Shown: piece after piece, positions 37,730 through 51,680 of the stretch
Position numbering within the stretch: the stretch's first letter is position 1
Layout of the letters: every line of letters begins with the position of its first letter
Origin: Ginglymostoma cirratum
Taxonomy: Eukaryota
Assembly (NCBI GenBank): GCA_024137785.1
Contig: JAHRHZ010000009.1
Location: 26,071,890 to 26,135,889 of the forward strand
DNA length: 64,000 nucleotides
Direction: 5' to 3'
Position numbers and translations under genes: made by a program
Notes under the pieces: model-generated
Database searches by the model: none
What the model was told of the DNA's origin: nothing
What the model saw: the letters and a program-made list of their open reading frames with translations, nothing else

Positions 37730-38938
37730 GTAAGTCCTTCATTCTCTGGGTTCTTTTTACAACATTTTAACTAAAAATTGCAGGTATGATGACCTGTTGA
37801 TGCATCCTAATCAAATAACTGAGAAATGATCCCATCACAACCACTTCCCCTTTCTGATCAACTGCGGTGAGGACAGTGTTGCAGGCAGCCTTCCTTCCCA
37901 GAAGCCAGTTGAGACCCTTAAATGTCAAGGGCCTGCCACCACTATTATCTAACCAGCAATGGGTATGTGCCTCACCATCTAGGTAAGTTGTTCAACTAAG
38001 CCCATTGCGTTTACCAGGGCAAGGTGGGGGGCACCCCTCAGTCATGGATACTGTGCCAGATTAAAGGACTTGACATCTGAAAAACCAAAGGTGGCAGGAG
38101 ATGGTGGTGGGCGAGGTTGGCCTGCAGATGGTTATCATGTAGTCTCCCCTGTCCCCTGCTTCCAGTCAATCACCCCCTCCCCATGAGACCAATCCAACCT
38201 GCTCTCACTTCCATCTTGTGGTCCATTACCCACCCTCGATGGGTCAGCTATACTGAGGTGAGCACCATTCCTGATGGCATTGCTGGTAATGGAGAGATAG
38301 CAACCTCAGATTACCTGGCAGCATTTGGGGAAGGTGAGCAAAACATGACTTGGGGCTTAATTAGACAGTGGCTCATTACAGTCCAGTCAGGCACTTAACT
38401 GGGCAGCAAAAAAGTTACGCCTCCTGGAGAGGAGTGACACAGGGTTCCCACTCACTTTCCAACCAGCTGAGACCCCTGCCACCCTCTTTAAATTCTAACT
38501 GTATTAACTGAATATCTGATTCATTTCATTCTTTTATCTGCTTTTGGAGGAGGAGATGTGGACAGTGAAAGTTAATTCACTCAAATTTGTGTTCCACTGT
38601 ACACTGAGATGTCTAAATTTGGGTTTGTTATATCACAACTAGATAACCAACTCAAGTACAATTCCTTCTTTTATAATTAATATCAAAAAGGATAGGTATA
38701 AATTTCAAGTACAGCTGAGTAATCATTGGCCTTTCTCTCCCTAGTTGCCCTGTCACTTTGATTAAGGGGACATCTTCCATATGATATCATATGCAACCAC
38801 GTGTGCCACCATATAATGCTAGAGTAAATAGATCACTTAATTTAAACACACAAATATAAACATAAAATATATATATATATTATAATTTTATATGTAAAAT
38901 TTATATTTAAACACAAAAATAAGTAAATATTGTTTCAG

Positions 38939-40440
38939 AGGTAGTAGGAACTACAGATGCTGGAGAATCTGAGATAACAAGGTGTAGAGCTGGATGAACA
39001 CAGCAGGCCAAGCAGCATCAGAGGAGCGGGAAGGCTGACATTTCGGGCCGAGACCCTCCTTCTGAAATGGGGGAGGGGAAGGGGGTTCTGAAATAAATAG
39101 GGAGAGAGGGGGAGGCGGATAGAAGATGGATAGAGGAGAAGATAGGTGGAGAGGAGACAGACAGGTCGAAGAGGCGGGAATGGAGCCAGTAAAGGTGAGT
39201 GTAGGTGGGGAGGTAGGGAGGGGATAGGTCAGTCCAAGGAGGACGGACAGGTCAAGGGGGTGGGATGAGGCTAGTAGGTAGGAGATGGGGATGGGGCTTT
39301 AGGTGGGAGGAGGGACAGGTTAGGGAGGTGGGGATGAGCTGGGCTGGTTTTGGGATGCGGTAGGGGGAGGGGAGATTTTGAAGCTTGTGAAGTCCATATT
39401 GATACCATTGGGCTGCAGGATACCCAAGCGGAATATGAGGTGCTGTTCCTGCAACCTTCGGGTGGCATCGTTGTGGCACTGCAGGAGGCCCAGGATGAAC
39501 ATGTCATCTGAGGAATGGGAGGGGGAGTTGAAATGGTTTGTGACTGGGAGGTGCAGTTGTCTAATGCGAACCGAGCGTAGGTGTTCTGCAAAGCGGTCCC
39601 CAAGCCTCCGCTTGGTTTCCCCAANNNNNNNNNNNNNNNNNNNNNNNNNNNNNNNNNNNNNNNNNNNNNNNNNNNNNNNNNNNNNNNNNNNNNNNNNNNN
39701 NNNNNNNNNNNNNNNNNNNNNNNNGCAGCCTTCGGGTGGCATCAGTGTGGCATTGCAGAAGGCCCAGGATGAACATGTCATCTGAGGAATGGGAGGGGGA
39801 GTTGAAATGGTTTGTGACTGGGAGGTGCAGTTGTCTAATGCGAACCGAGCGTAGGTGTTCTGCAAAGCGGTCCCCAAGCCTCCGCTTGGTTTCCCCAATG
39901 TAGAGGAGGCCACAACTGTATACAGCGGATGCAGTATACCACATTGGCAGATGTGCAGGTGAACATCTGCTTGATGTGGAAAGTCTTCTTGGGGCCTGGG
40001 ATGGTAGTGAGGGGGGAGATGTAGGGGCAGGTGTAGCACTTCCTCCAGTTGCAGGGAAAAGTACCGGGTGTGCCGGGGCTGGTGGGGAGTGTGGAGCGGA
40101 GAAGGGAGTCACGTAGACAATGATCCTTCTGGAAAGCAGATAAGGGTGGAGAGGGAAAAATGTCTTCGATGGTAGGGTCGGATTACAGATGGCGGAAGTT
40201 TTGGAGGATGATGCGTTGGGTCCGGAGTTTGGTGGGGTGGTACGTGAGGACGAAGGGGATTCTGTTTTGGTTGTTATTGCGAGGAGGGGGTGTGAGGGAT
40301 GAGTTGCGGGAAATGCGGGAGACACGGTCGAGGGCGTTCTCAACCACTGCGGGGGGGGACGTTGCGGTCTTTGAAGAACGAGGACATTTGAGATATTTGG
40401 GAGTGGAATGCCTCATCCTGGGAGCAGATGCGGCGGACGC
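38939..40440 (-). mobile_element. Penelope-like retroelement, 5'-truncated: RT C-terminus plus GIY-YIG endonuclease and 3' terminal repeat
   Basis: RIPFVLTYHP, CGLLYIGETKRRLGDRFAEHLRSV, PVTNHFNSPSHS, EQHLIFRLG.LQPNGIN; frameshifted; contains the N gap. Confidence 0.92.
39625..39724. other. assembly gap (100 N)
   Basis: directly visible. Confidence 1.
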
Positions 40441-41139
40441 CCCCACATTACCTAGCCCCCACATAAATGTTTTAGCTGCTCCTTGTGGTAGAAACACCTA
40501 CATTCCAATCACTCCCTGGGGTAAAGAAGCTGTAGGTACTTTTAAAATTAAAACAAAACTTATTTTTAATCATTTGTAGGCAAGCAGGTGACACTTGGTC
40601 AATGGTAGTGTACCTAAATGTGGTCTTGAGCTGTTTGTAGTGAAAAATAAATTGGCTTTTCATGCAACACTCTGCTTACATTTTTACTTGATTGTTGTAA
40701 TGAGCATTACAGTAGGGACTGCTTTGTTTTTTAAATAGCTTTTATAGTGGCTTCCCATCAAAGGTAATTATTTGCAAAAAGTTTTGGAACATCTGATGAA
40801 ATATGGCTGTATCTTTCCTTTCAGCTTCTGTTTTATGTAACCTGTTCTCTTTGTGTTGCCCTGTCTCACATCTTTTCCATTTACTTTCTTATAATTTACA
40901 CCAATTGTATTGTTTCCAAGTGAATGGAGTTTCCATGGTGACAGTTGAGATCCTGACAGTTGAGGAAAACTATTCCACTTCCCAGTTGCTTGTCCCCTAT
41001 TTAATGTTTAAGTCTGTTAAGGATTTTGAACTGAACTTGTACCCAAGGTAGTTGCATGAGTATGAACAGAGTTCTGGTGTTTTCGCAGAGCCTCCAACCA
41101 GCACGCAACTTTTATTTTTAAACTCCTGGAGACACATGT

Positions 41140-42940
41140 CATTAAAAAAAAAAGCAAAGGTAAATTAAGAATGAAAACTAGTGCAAGATATAAAAACAGA
41201 TAGCAAAAGCTTAAGTAAGTACATAAAAGGGAATTCAGTATCTAAGGTGAATGTTGATCCCTTGGAGGATGAGACTGGAGAGTTAATAATAGGAAACCAA
41301 AATTCTGATTCCATTTTATAGAGGAGGACACTTGTACCATCCCAATAGTGACTGGTAATGCAGAGGTTTTAGAAATGGAGGGATCTAGAACAAAAGTCAT
41401 CACTGGGGAAAAGTACTTAAACTATCGTGTTGGAAGGCAGCTTAAGTCTGCAGGGCTTGATGCCCTACACTCTATTGTCTTAAGAGAAGTGACAGCAGCG
41501 ATAGTGGATCCGTTGGTTATAATATTCCAAAATCCCTGGATGTTTGAAAGATTCCAGTAATTAGAAAAATGCTAATGTACAATCTTATTCAAAAAGGAGG
41601 GAGGTGGAAAGTAAGAAGCTAATGATGTCTTAGGTTAATATGTTGTTGGGAAATTGATAGAATCGATAATTCATTGTTAAAGTAGCACGAACAGGACACT
41701 TGGAAGTTAAAAATAAAATCTCTCATTCAGTGAGGAGTAAATCATGTTTGACTAATTTGCTAGTGTTCTTTGAAGATGCAACAGTAGTGTGGATAATGGG
41801 GGTTCTGTAGATGTCATATATCTGGACTTCTAGAAGGCATTGAACAAGATGCTGCTCGAAAGGTTAATACACAAGGGAAGATCACATGGGGTTAGGTGTA
41901 ATTAATTTGCTTGGATAGAGATTTGACTGACCAATACAAAGCAGTGAATCAGGATAAATGAACCTTTAACTGGTCAGCAAGACATGACTAGTGGGGTATC
42001 TCAGGGTTTGGTCCCTGGGGCCCTAACTCTTTGTAATCTATATTAATGACTTGGTTCCAGGCATAGAAAGTACTGTTGCCAAATTTGCAGATGCCACTAA
42101 AATAGTGGGAAAGTTAGTTGCAGTGAAGAAATAAATTTACAAATGGGTATGGATTTGGTAGATGAAGTTTAACATAGATATGAGAGAGGTTTTCTATTTT
42201 GGCCAGAAAAATGGAAAAGCAAAATACCATGTAAATGTTGAGAAACTTCAGGTGCTTTAGTGCAGAGGAGTCTGGTCGTCTTCGTGCATGAGTCACAGAA
42301 AATTAGCATGCAGGAACAGCAGGTAATAACATGGCTAATAGAAATTTGGCATTTGTTGCTAAAGTAATAGAGTATGAAAGGAAGGAAGAGTTGCTGCAAC
42401 TGTACAAGACATTAGTGTACCTCACCTAGAGTATTGTAGCCCCCTTGCTTGAGGACAGATGTAATTGTATTCAAGGCAGTTCAGAGAAGATTCATGAGAT
42501 TGTTTCCAGAGATGAAGATCTTCCTTATGAAGAGAGATTGAGCAGTTTAGACTTGTTCTTCTAAACTTCAGAAAGGATGAGAGGAGGTCTAATTGATGCA
42601 TATAATATGCTAAGTGGATTGACAAAATAGATGTCGAAAAGTTGTTTTCTTGAGGGGCAACTGAGAATGAGAGGTCATAGTTTTAGGATAAGGGGTAGCA
42701 GATTTGGAACACGTGAGAAATTACTTCACTCGAAGGAATTTACAACCACAGAGTGCGGTGGATGCAGGAACATGTAAGAAGGAGATACAGATTTTTAATT
42801 AGTGATGAGTTGAAGGGTTATGGAAAGCTAGCAGGAAATTGGAGTTAAGGCTGAGATAATATCAGCCATGATTGTATCAAATGGCAAAGCAGGTTCGATG
42901 GACTGAAATTCCCACTCCTGATCCTAATGCTTGAGTTCTT
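41140..42940 (+). mobile_element. decayed CR1-type LINE ORF2 (RT) plus 3' UTR
   Basis: KSCLTNLLVFFE, YLDF*KA, SGVSQG, YINDL, KFADATKI remnants with many stops. Confidence 0.92.
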
Positions 42941-43108
42941 ATCAAACTTGCCTCTTGTTTTGTTTCCGTTTTTGTGTTCTGACTGTGTTTCAATAGTTTT
43001 CTATTTGTGACTTGTCCTACGTGGCCACGTTATAGAGACTCTGACTTCGTCTTATCACTTTTTTTAATAAAACTATCATTCTGACCAGTCTGACACATGA
43101 TATTCTAG

Positions 43109-43215
43109 GTATAAGTGAGACGAAACATGCTAACTTCAGTGACCCTACTAGATGGGACGATGCTGCACTGGTCACAGTGACCAACAAGAGCCAATCCTTG
43201 AATCGATCAATGGAG
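43109..43215 (+). CDS. LMO7: LMO7 exon (ISETKHANFSDPTRWDDAALVTVTNKSQSLNRSME)
   Basis: ttctag|GT...GAG|gtagga, 107 nt, phase 1-0, open; fits the phase chain; weak similarity to the post-PDZ ETK segment. Confidence 0.7.
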
Positions 43216-44095
43216 GTAGGATTTCATATGTTGTTCTACAAATGGTTTTTTCACAGTTAAGTGCAGTTGCATTGGTTACTAAGCTTGACTAACTAGTTAT
43301 TGTAGCAAATAATTTTTTACAATGTAATTGTTTTAAGCATCCAAATATAATGTATTTTATCCCACCTAGCTCAAGAGTACTGTTGCAACTGTTAAATACC
43401 TTGATGACGAAAGTTTTTGAGTAAAGTGAGCATAATTAAATAGAAAGGCACTTCGTGTATTGCCTGGCTGCAAGTCCTCTGTCAAAGTTGCTCAGTGGGA
43501 CCAGGGAATGAAGGGGAATGCAAAATTACGTATGACCAAAAGCATGTTGGGAAGGAAACCTTCCTAAGTAGATGCAGCAAGCAAATGACTATTTTGTCCT
43601 TGGCGCACCATACATTTTATTTTTGAGCAAGTACAAAAATTGGTGGCTCAGATGAAGAACAGTAATGATGACATATCAAAACTGGGAATTTCTGTGCAGG
43701 AATAGTTTTTGCTATATCAACCTTTTTATTTATTTTCCAAGTTGGACACATGCAGTATGGAATGCCATGTGCAAAACCAATGATTTATTTAACTTTTAAG
43801 GTGAAATTAGATAACCTTGTCTTGGCTACTCCTGGTAATATTAACCTAACTATTGGAAGAAATAAGCGTGATCTTATGAAAATTTATTCTTGAAGAGCCT
43901 TGCATGTTGATCACATGGCCACTATTATGCGCAATTCCCTAGCTGCGTGCTTAGCATTGAAAGCTGTCTGCTCATCGTATGCAATGTTAGCATTAGCCTT
44001 TTGAACCCCTATAAGTGGTTGTTTTGTTTTTGACCCTTTATGATTGATATTTCAGGAAATTAATTGAGGTGGAATATTTTTGTGTTAATAAACAG

Positions 44096-44150
44096 GTTGA
44101 TAAATCAAAAAGGGACCAAGAAAATTTGCTGGAGGATGAAAAGCCAAAAG
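44096..44150 (+). CDS. LMO7: LMO7 small exon (VDKSKRDQENLLEDEKPK)
   Basis: aaacag|GTT...AAAG|gtaaag, 55 nt, phase 0-1; bridges the phases of the flanking exons. Confidence 0.7.
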
Positions 44151-45528
44151 GTAAAGTATTTTAAATAAAATAGAATAGACTTGGTTCTTTTCCATTGGGA
44201 TAGTTTTTATCATGGGCCCCTAAAGGACAAACTTTGCACTGGAGGTCACAGTATTTCTGTTTGCTGAGTTCTTATTTCTCAGCAGAAGGTGAGATTTGAG
44301 GCTGGATAGCTAGCAGTTTGGCTTCAAAGGCCAGCATGCCGGCTTGCTGGTCCATTTTTCCCTTGAGTCTGTATTGATGGGGCTATCTTCTGAGGGTGAC
44401 GTATTCCTACCTGTCAGTCACAGTAGCCAGTTGAGCAGTTAGACTGCTAGTTCTTCACAGCCTTCAAACAGCATTTGCATTTTCCAGATGGGGCTGGAGC
44501 TAGTGGATGAAATGACGAAGGTTTCTTAACAACAGGCCAGTCACCTGTAGAGCCACTCAACGGGGCAGCAAGGACCATAGCTGTGGTAGAAGACCACTCT
44601 GTAGAGGGGCCTCCCCACTGCAATGACAACCCTGTTGTAATTTGATTTATTCAAATCTTCAAGAGGCATGTCCACCCTGAAGTGCCTTCATGGTCCAACA
44701 TGTACAACAACAGCACCCACCAGGTCCGTGGAGCTGCCAGCCACTCATCAGAACCCTGTATGGTTCCACTGGCTGCTCCAGATGCTGAGCCAGTCTGCCA
44801 TCTTTAATTGGATAGGCCTTCCATGATGCAAACTCTTAAACTGATTGCAAATCTTAGAAATCTTCTCCAGGGTGCTTCCACAGCCATCTTTGGGTTCCCA
44901 ATCCAGAATTCCATCCTGTGTTTGGAATAGGACTTTGGAATTAAAATTCAGTGCCATGTCTCTGGGCCACGTATGAGGGAGTCACATATTCGGGCAAATA
45001 CCAGGTTTATTCCACTAATTCATAGGAGCAAGAATTGCTTGAACATGAGGTGCATTAACATTCAAACCAGCTGTGTTCTTTGCATTGGTTCACATGTGTT
45101 TGACAGCATTTATGAGGAATTGTTTAGCTATTAACATAATAGTTGTGACAAGCCTTGCAGTTGAAGACTAGCAGACAGTTCTTTGTTTACGGTCTCATTC
45201 ACAGGATAAGGAGTTGATTATTTTCATGGAGTGTTGCAAAGTTTTCAAATCCTCTGTCCCAGAGGACTGTAAATGTTCGGTCATTGTACATGTTCAAGAC
45301 AGAGATTAATAAATATTTTTCTCCCTTTCAAGATTAAGGGATACAGAGATGGACCAGGAAAGTGGAATAGAGTTTAAAAAAGTTCTGTGTGAATAAATCT
45401 TTTAAAATGAGTTCTAAATACTTAGCACAATATATATGATGATTCTGGAGCCACTCTCAAATTGTTGCAACATTTTTTTGGATTCTGTAGGTAGATTCCA
45501 AAATCTCTACATTTTGTAACCAAAGCAC

Positions 45529-45647
45529 CTAGGCCCGAAACGTCAAGCTTTCCTGCTCCTCTGATGCTGCTTGGCCTGCTGTGTTCATCCAGCTCCACTC
45601 CTTGTTATCTCGGACTCTCCAGCATCTGCAGTACCTATTATCTCTGA
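45529..45647 (+). mobile_element. short Penelope-like 3' terminal fragment
   Basis: ctaggcccgaaacgtcaagctttcctgctcctctgatgctgc...gcatctgcagtacctattatctct. Confidence 0.88.
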
Positions 45648-46989
45648 CACCATTTCCCACTTGTGTATAAAATTTTGTAGTACAACTATTTAATTATCTG
45701 AACTCCACTTAGACAATTTTAAAATAAATTTTAATTTCCTTTTACTTTAAATTTAAGCTTATTGCATTGATTTCGCTTGATGTTGCATCTGAATGTCAAT
45801 GAGTATAACCCTTAAACACAGTTTGAATTTTTTAAAATGTATAATACATCTTTAAAGAACTCTGTCGAGTGTTATCACCTAATGTTTTTACGTGCAACTG
45901 CAGAACCATTATATATTCTCAGGAAATATTCAAAAACTGGCCTCTGCCTTAATATATTTCCACTTATGATTCTGGTAGAATTATTGAGCTTTTGTTGTAC
46001 AGAATCACCAGGAGACGTAGAGAATTCCCCAAAAACTTTTATTTGCAAACAAAAGCTGTGACAATCAGAAAGTAGCTTCCCGATCGCCCCCAACCTTCGG
46101 GGCTTGTTTTTTTTTATACCTTTTCAGTTGTCATCCTTTTCTGAGGTTATCAGCATGACCAATTATGTTAGCTCGTGTTATCTCTCCAAAGCTATTCGTC
46201 TTCTGAATCATTTTCTGCTACAGTGGTTTTCTACTTTTTAAACTTAACCTATTACATCATGATTATCTTCTGTCACAATGGTCTTTAACATTTGCTTACA
46301 TGCCACGTGATTTGACTAACCTAATCATATTATGCTACCATGGTTTTCTATTCGTACAATTCTATGTATCACTTCATTTGCTATTATCTTATTGCCTTTT
46401 ATTTTCCATATATTGTCTTTTATTTTCCATACTTTCAGTCCCCTTTTAGGGGCTAAAATTCTACTTGTGTGGTCCAAAGAGATGTACTGAAAATCTCAGC
46501 TGGGAATAATACTGTTGTGTGGGTGTATTGAGTTAAAGGCACTTGAAGCTATCTTCAAAAGGCATTCTGCCATTGAATGACAAAATGTAGTCAAAACAAT
46601 TCTTTCAAAAAAAATCAAACGCATCACTGGTGTGGTATCAAGGGAATGTGCAAGCAGCTTGTCCTCCTGTCATTGTGTAATTTTGAGGTCACTCCTAGAT
46701 TAATTTCTGTATGGTGTAAACTGTTCATATTATCTTTGATCTCTTTCCACACTAAAATGTTATGATTTACTGTAAGCAGATGGTACTGGAAATGGTCAAA
46801 TTGAAAGTAGTAACTGCTAATGCTTTACTCAATATTCTTTATTGAACCAAACTTCAGGTTCAAAATTTATTTGACACATATCTGTGTAGGGACTTGGTAC
46901 AAATTGTGTGTCAATTTCACTCTGAATTTGACATTAAAGGGCTTCCCTGGTCCCACCCACCTGTAACAGCTTCTCATCAAACTTTTTTT

Positions 46990-47960
46990 CTATTCATTAT
47001 ACATGGGATGCAGTCTTTGCTGGCAAAGCCAGCATTTATTGCAGATCGCGAATTGCCCTTAATTTGGGGGTGAGGCACCTCCTTCAGATTTAGCAGTCCA
47101 TATGATGTAGGGAGCCCTGCATTGCACGTTGGAAAGGAATGCCAGGATTTTGACCAGGTAACGGTGGAGGGATAACACTATAGTTCAAAGTCAGGATAGT
47201 GAGTGATTTGGAGGAAATCTTAGAAAAGTGGTGGAATTCCCATGTATTTGCTGTCTTTGTCCTTCGAGATGGTAGAGTTTGCAGGTTTGGATGCTGCTGT
47301 TTAAAGAGCCATGATGAGTTATTGCAGCGATTCTTGTCACAGTGCAGCGACTGTGGATCATTGGTGGAGTGAGTGAATGTTGAAGGTAGTAGATTGGCAC
47401 CCTATATGGTGGGTTACATTATTTCGGATGGTGTTGAGCTTCCAATGTTGCTGGAAATATGTGCATCCTTCCAGGCAAATTGATAGCGTTCCATTACACA
47501 CCTGACCTGTAGATGATAGGCAGGCTTGGGGAATCAAGATGTAATTTATGAGCTGCAGAATTCCTAGTCTCTGATCTGCAATTATATCCTTGATAATTAA
47601 ATGGCTCATCCAGTTCAGTTTCTGGTTGATTGTAACCCATAAATGTTGATAGTGGGTGATTCATTGATGGTAATGTCACTGAACGTCATGAGAAGATGGT
47701 TAGATTCTTCCTTGATGGATCTCGTCAGAGAAAGGACTGAATTAGGCATAAGAGATGGGTGGTACGGTGGTTCAGTGGTTAGCACAAGGTGGATTAGCCT
47801 GGGCGGAGAAAAGCAGGGTTACAGGCACAGGGTGGGTCAGGGTGAGCTACTCTTCGGAGGGTCAACGTGGACTTGATGAGCTGAATGGCCTAATTCCATA
47901 TTGTAGAGATTTTATGAGATGGTCATTGCCTGGAATTTTTGTGGTGCAAATGTTACTTTA
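46990..47960 (-). mobile_element. decayed LINE 3' region of a different family, with a nested internally deleted SINE (+, about 47760-47915)
   Basis: minus-strand RT C-terminal remnants (..IYRSGV.., KLNTIRNN..HHIG..NIHSLHQ); nested ggtacggtggttcagtggttagcac head and gagctgaatggcct tail. Confidence 0.7.
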
Positions 47961-48855
47961 TAATTTAGTTTTATAATAATCTAAATTAAATAAGTTAAAT
48001 CTGCACTAGTGGTTTTTAACCTTTAAAACAATCCAGTACTGAAGAACATGCATTAAAGTGATAGATTTCAGGTATGTTGATGAGGATCACTCACTATCAT
48101 TACCGATAGACAATAATTAGCTCTGTGACAAAGGAACGGGTTTTGCAGTTTAAACGTTTGTACTGTTCAAATATTTCATGAGTTCTGTGAGCAATCTGTG
48201 GTGTTTGGGAACTGGGCAAGCAGCTTTTGAGTTTCCAGCCAGATTGAGGAATCGTCACAGAGGCATGCTGACTGCAAGCCAGGAATTTTTAAAAAAATGG
48301 AGAAGTTCAATTAATGGCTAGTGCAGTTCACCTTTTCTGTAGTAATGGCTAAATTGACGCCATTTATGTCCCCACTTTAAGACCACGCTATTCAAATATT
48401 AATGCTACATGACTTCAGTTGACTGTTCCTCTTTCACAGCTTGAACATGAATGTTTGGTACATATCAACAGCTCAAATGTTTTTTTTCTGATGAAGTTGA
48501 AGAGGGTTGGAAATTTCACTTTATTTTCTCATGCTTGAGGAGTAATAAAATCCTGGAACAGAGAAAGTAAGGTTCTAATTTTATCCATTTATGTTACTTT
48601 CGTAACAGCAATAGATACTTATAGAATTTGCTACAAGTTCTGGTCATCAATATGATTTAAGGCTATTATGGAAAGAAAGAAAAACTGAAAGTGAATTCCA
48701 TGTTAGATTGAAGTTATTCTGTGGTTTTAAATTTTGTGTTCTTCAAGGATATTCATTGCTGTAATTTATTAAAGTTTACCCATATGGATACGCGTAACTT
48801 TGCTTAATGGCTGAAATAAATTTTGTAGTTAATACATTTTGTATTTTTGCTTTAG

Positions 48856-48912
48856 CGTTTGAGCCCCTTAGCCTGAGAAACTTTAAAAGGCGGTCCCAAT
48901 TTTTTGAACAAG
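48856..48912 (+). CDS. LMO7: LMO7 57-nt exon (FEPLSLRNFKRRSQFFEQ)
   Basis: ctttag|CG...CAAG|gtaaaa, phase 1-1; matches recalled SLKNLKRRSQFFEQ. Confidence 0.93.
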
Positions 48913-50133
48913 GTAAAACAATAATTAATGCCTATATGTTTTGTGGTGTTATCAACTGGGCTTCCAATTATGTCAGCTCTGTTTCAGTACTTGGGCAAAT
49001 CCTCACACTTTCTGCCTGTTTATCTGCTTCATAAAGCTTATGATTTTATAAATGCTTCTCTTTCTTTAGGCTCATCAGAGTTCTCTTGCAATTCGTTGGT
49101 CTATCTTTGTGGTAAAGGTTATGCATCATATTTGACAGATGTTCTCACTTTGAAAGTGCAAAATAACGTTTCCAATTTCTAACCATTGTTGGATATTTGG
49201 CAAACTACTATTTGTTTTTCTAATTTCATTGTGTGTAAATGCTTGATGCAAACGTGCACAGGGTGAAACAAAGCACAGTTTGAAGGCTGTACCGCCATTT
49301 TAATGCACCAATTTACTTTGCAAATCTGTGTTCGAATTCAAACTGATTGGTTAGACAATTTGAAGTTTAAACCGTTGCATTTGCTAAATGGATTTTGTTT
49401 GAGAAAAATATATTCTACAGACCGGATTTGCAAAAGTGTACATTTACCACAACCTGCAAATGATGGTACAGCTCTTTTTTAAACATTTGTCCTTGCTTGG
49501 TGTCTTCCTGCAACTTTGAAATGATTTGGCCCTTTGCACCTTCTTTTCCTTTTCCTTGCAACATTACTTCATTTGTGTATTTTTGGTGCCATCAGCATTG
49601 GAAACCTATGGCACCAAACAAAAATGTGTTTGACAGAAAAATGCATTAATGTGAGTACTGAAAATGGTTAATATGAAATAGCACAAAATTCAGAGGTTGT
49701 CGTCTTTTGGTGGATTTAATAGACATTTGGCTGTTTTTGTACTGTTACAGTTTGGGCTTTATCCCAATATCTTGATTTTAAGCAACGTGACAAAATTTCT
49801 GTAGCGGCTCAAGTCTTGACTGAAATTTGCACCTGTTGCTCGCTGCTGTGGTTGTGTTTATCTCAAGCTTAACAATTAACTGGAGTGCTGTGCAAGGGAA
49901 TATAGAGTTAGAATTACACTCCTGATCATCTCAGACTCCTTCCCATTGACGAACTTGTGCAGGCTGAATTTTTATCCCCTGAGATTTGTAGACAGAGAAT
50001 GACTTACAGAAGCAAAAACGTGAGTGAAGTTCAAGGCAGTTGATCAAAATTTTACACGTACTGATTTACCTGTTTTACACAGCAAATCTTGTTTTTTTGG
50101 CAAGCTCCTATAAGTTGCAACCACTAGTTTAAA

Positions 50134-50710
50134 GTCATAGTCATAGTCATAGTCATGGAGTAATACAGCACGGAAACAGGCCCTTCAGTTCAACTTGTAC
50201 TTGCTGACCACATATCCTTTACTGGTCTAGTCCCATTTGCTAGCATTTGGGCCATAACCCGTCCAATTCATGGACACATCCAGATGCCTTTTAGATGTTG
50301 TAATTGTACCAGCCTCCTCCACTTCCTCTGGCAGCTCATTCCATACGTGCACCACCCTCTGTGTGAAAATGTTGCCCCTCAGGTCCCCTTTTAAATCTTT
50401 CCCCTCTCACTTTAAACCTGTGCCCTTTAGTTTTGGACTCCTCTACTCTGGGGGGAAAATGACCTTGGATATTTGCTCTATCCATGCTCCCCATGATTTC
50501 ATAAACTTGTATAAGGAAAATAACCCCAGCCAATTCAGCCTCTTCCAGACCTCAAACCCTCCTAACCTGGCAACATCCTTGTCAATCTTTTCTGAACCCT
50601 TTCAAGTTTCACAACATCTTTCCTATAGCAAGGAGACCAAAATTGCGTGCAGTATTCTAAAAGTGGCCTCACCAATGTCCTGTACAGCTGCAACATGACG
50701 CCCCAACCCT
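50134..50710 (-). mobile_element. CR1-type LINE 3' fragment with (GTCATA)n tail
   Basis: VMLQLYRTLVRPLLEYCTQFWSPCYRKDVVKLERVQKRLTRMLPG; gtcata repeats at 50134-50156. Confidence 0.95.
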
Positions 50711-51363
50711 TGCGTCCTATCAGTGATATAAACAGTTGAAAAGTTGAAGAACACAAATGTCTTGGTTATAGGGGTAATTCAAAATTGGAGCAATTTCTAG
50801 GATGCATTTACCCTTCACCTTGGTTACTTTAACAATTTATTGTCATTTTCCAGTGATAACAATTATGAATTCCAGGGCAGTGGGTCAATTTTTCTTCTCC
50901 TGTTAATCAGTAATGTAATTTTAACGCATGCCAAGCTTACTCTTCATTAAATTCAACTAGCAACATTTTACGTGATATTAACAGCATTCCAGTGTCCTGG
51001 GGGTGTACCCCACAGGGTGGAGGTTAAACTTCTGCTCAATTACTCTAATTAGTGGAGCAAATAAGGGAGGAGATCCAGCATTCGTTCACAAATGTTGGAT
51101 TTCACATACCAATCAATGTCTTTGTTCTTACAACTGCTAAATGTCTTTGAGAAGTCATTTAGTGTGTTGTAACATTACATTGTGTTGGTGCAAAGTTCAG
51201 TTTAAAAAAAAGTAACATTTTTTGAGTCTGTAGTGACTTGTACTGATGCTGTTTTGAAAGAACTCATCGTTGTGAAGCAGCCACAACCACTGCGCTGTGC
51301 AGAGGAACAGCAGTAATTTTGGTGCTGTACATCAACTTATAACGTTCTCTTTGTCTTCTACAG

Positions 51364-51389
51364 GCGGATCTGAATCTGCAATGAGTGAT
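51364..51389 (+). CDS. LMO7: LMO7 26-nt microexon (GSESAMSD)
   Basis: tctacag|GC GGA TCT GAA TCT GCA ATG AGT GAT|gtaagt, phase 1-0; required to keep frame; corresponds to recalled GSSDSVVPD. Confidence 0.85.
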
Positions 51390-51680
51390 GTAAGTAAAGT
51401 ACAAATTCTTCCCTTGGATTTTGGGTTTGAAATATCACTCAGCTGCCATAAAATTACTGTTTCTGATTGTGCATTATTTGGTTCACTGAAGGGAGGCAAT
51501 GTTGCCTTTTGCATACATCCCAGAATTAGGGACAAAACAAGATCATAATTAACAATCATTTCAGAATTCAGTCGACCGCTTACAAAAACACTTGACATTG
51601 AAGAAAGTTATAATCACTGTGTGTTATTAATAAATAAAAGTCAAAGTGTTACATGCTTTCTTCTTGCTGTGGTATGTTAG

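Noticed and set aside
38840-38930. AT-rich quasi-palindromic tract beside the Penelope-like element
   Set aside because: Low-complexity (AT)n sequence; any pairing is explained by composition.
38939-40440. Domesticated or active GIY-YIG endonuclease gene
   Set aside because: It is 5'-truncated and frameshifted, spans a gap, and has a decayed paralogue at 60122-60860.
46390-46431. 21-bp tandem duplication (tattgYcttttattttccata x2)
   Set aside because: Ordinary slippage duplication in AT-rich intron; only two units.
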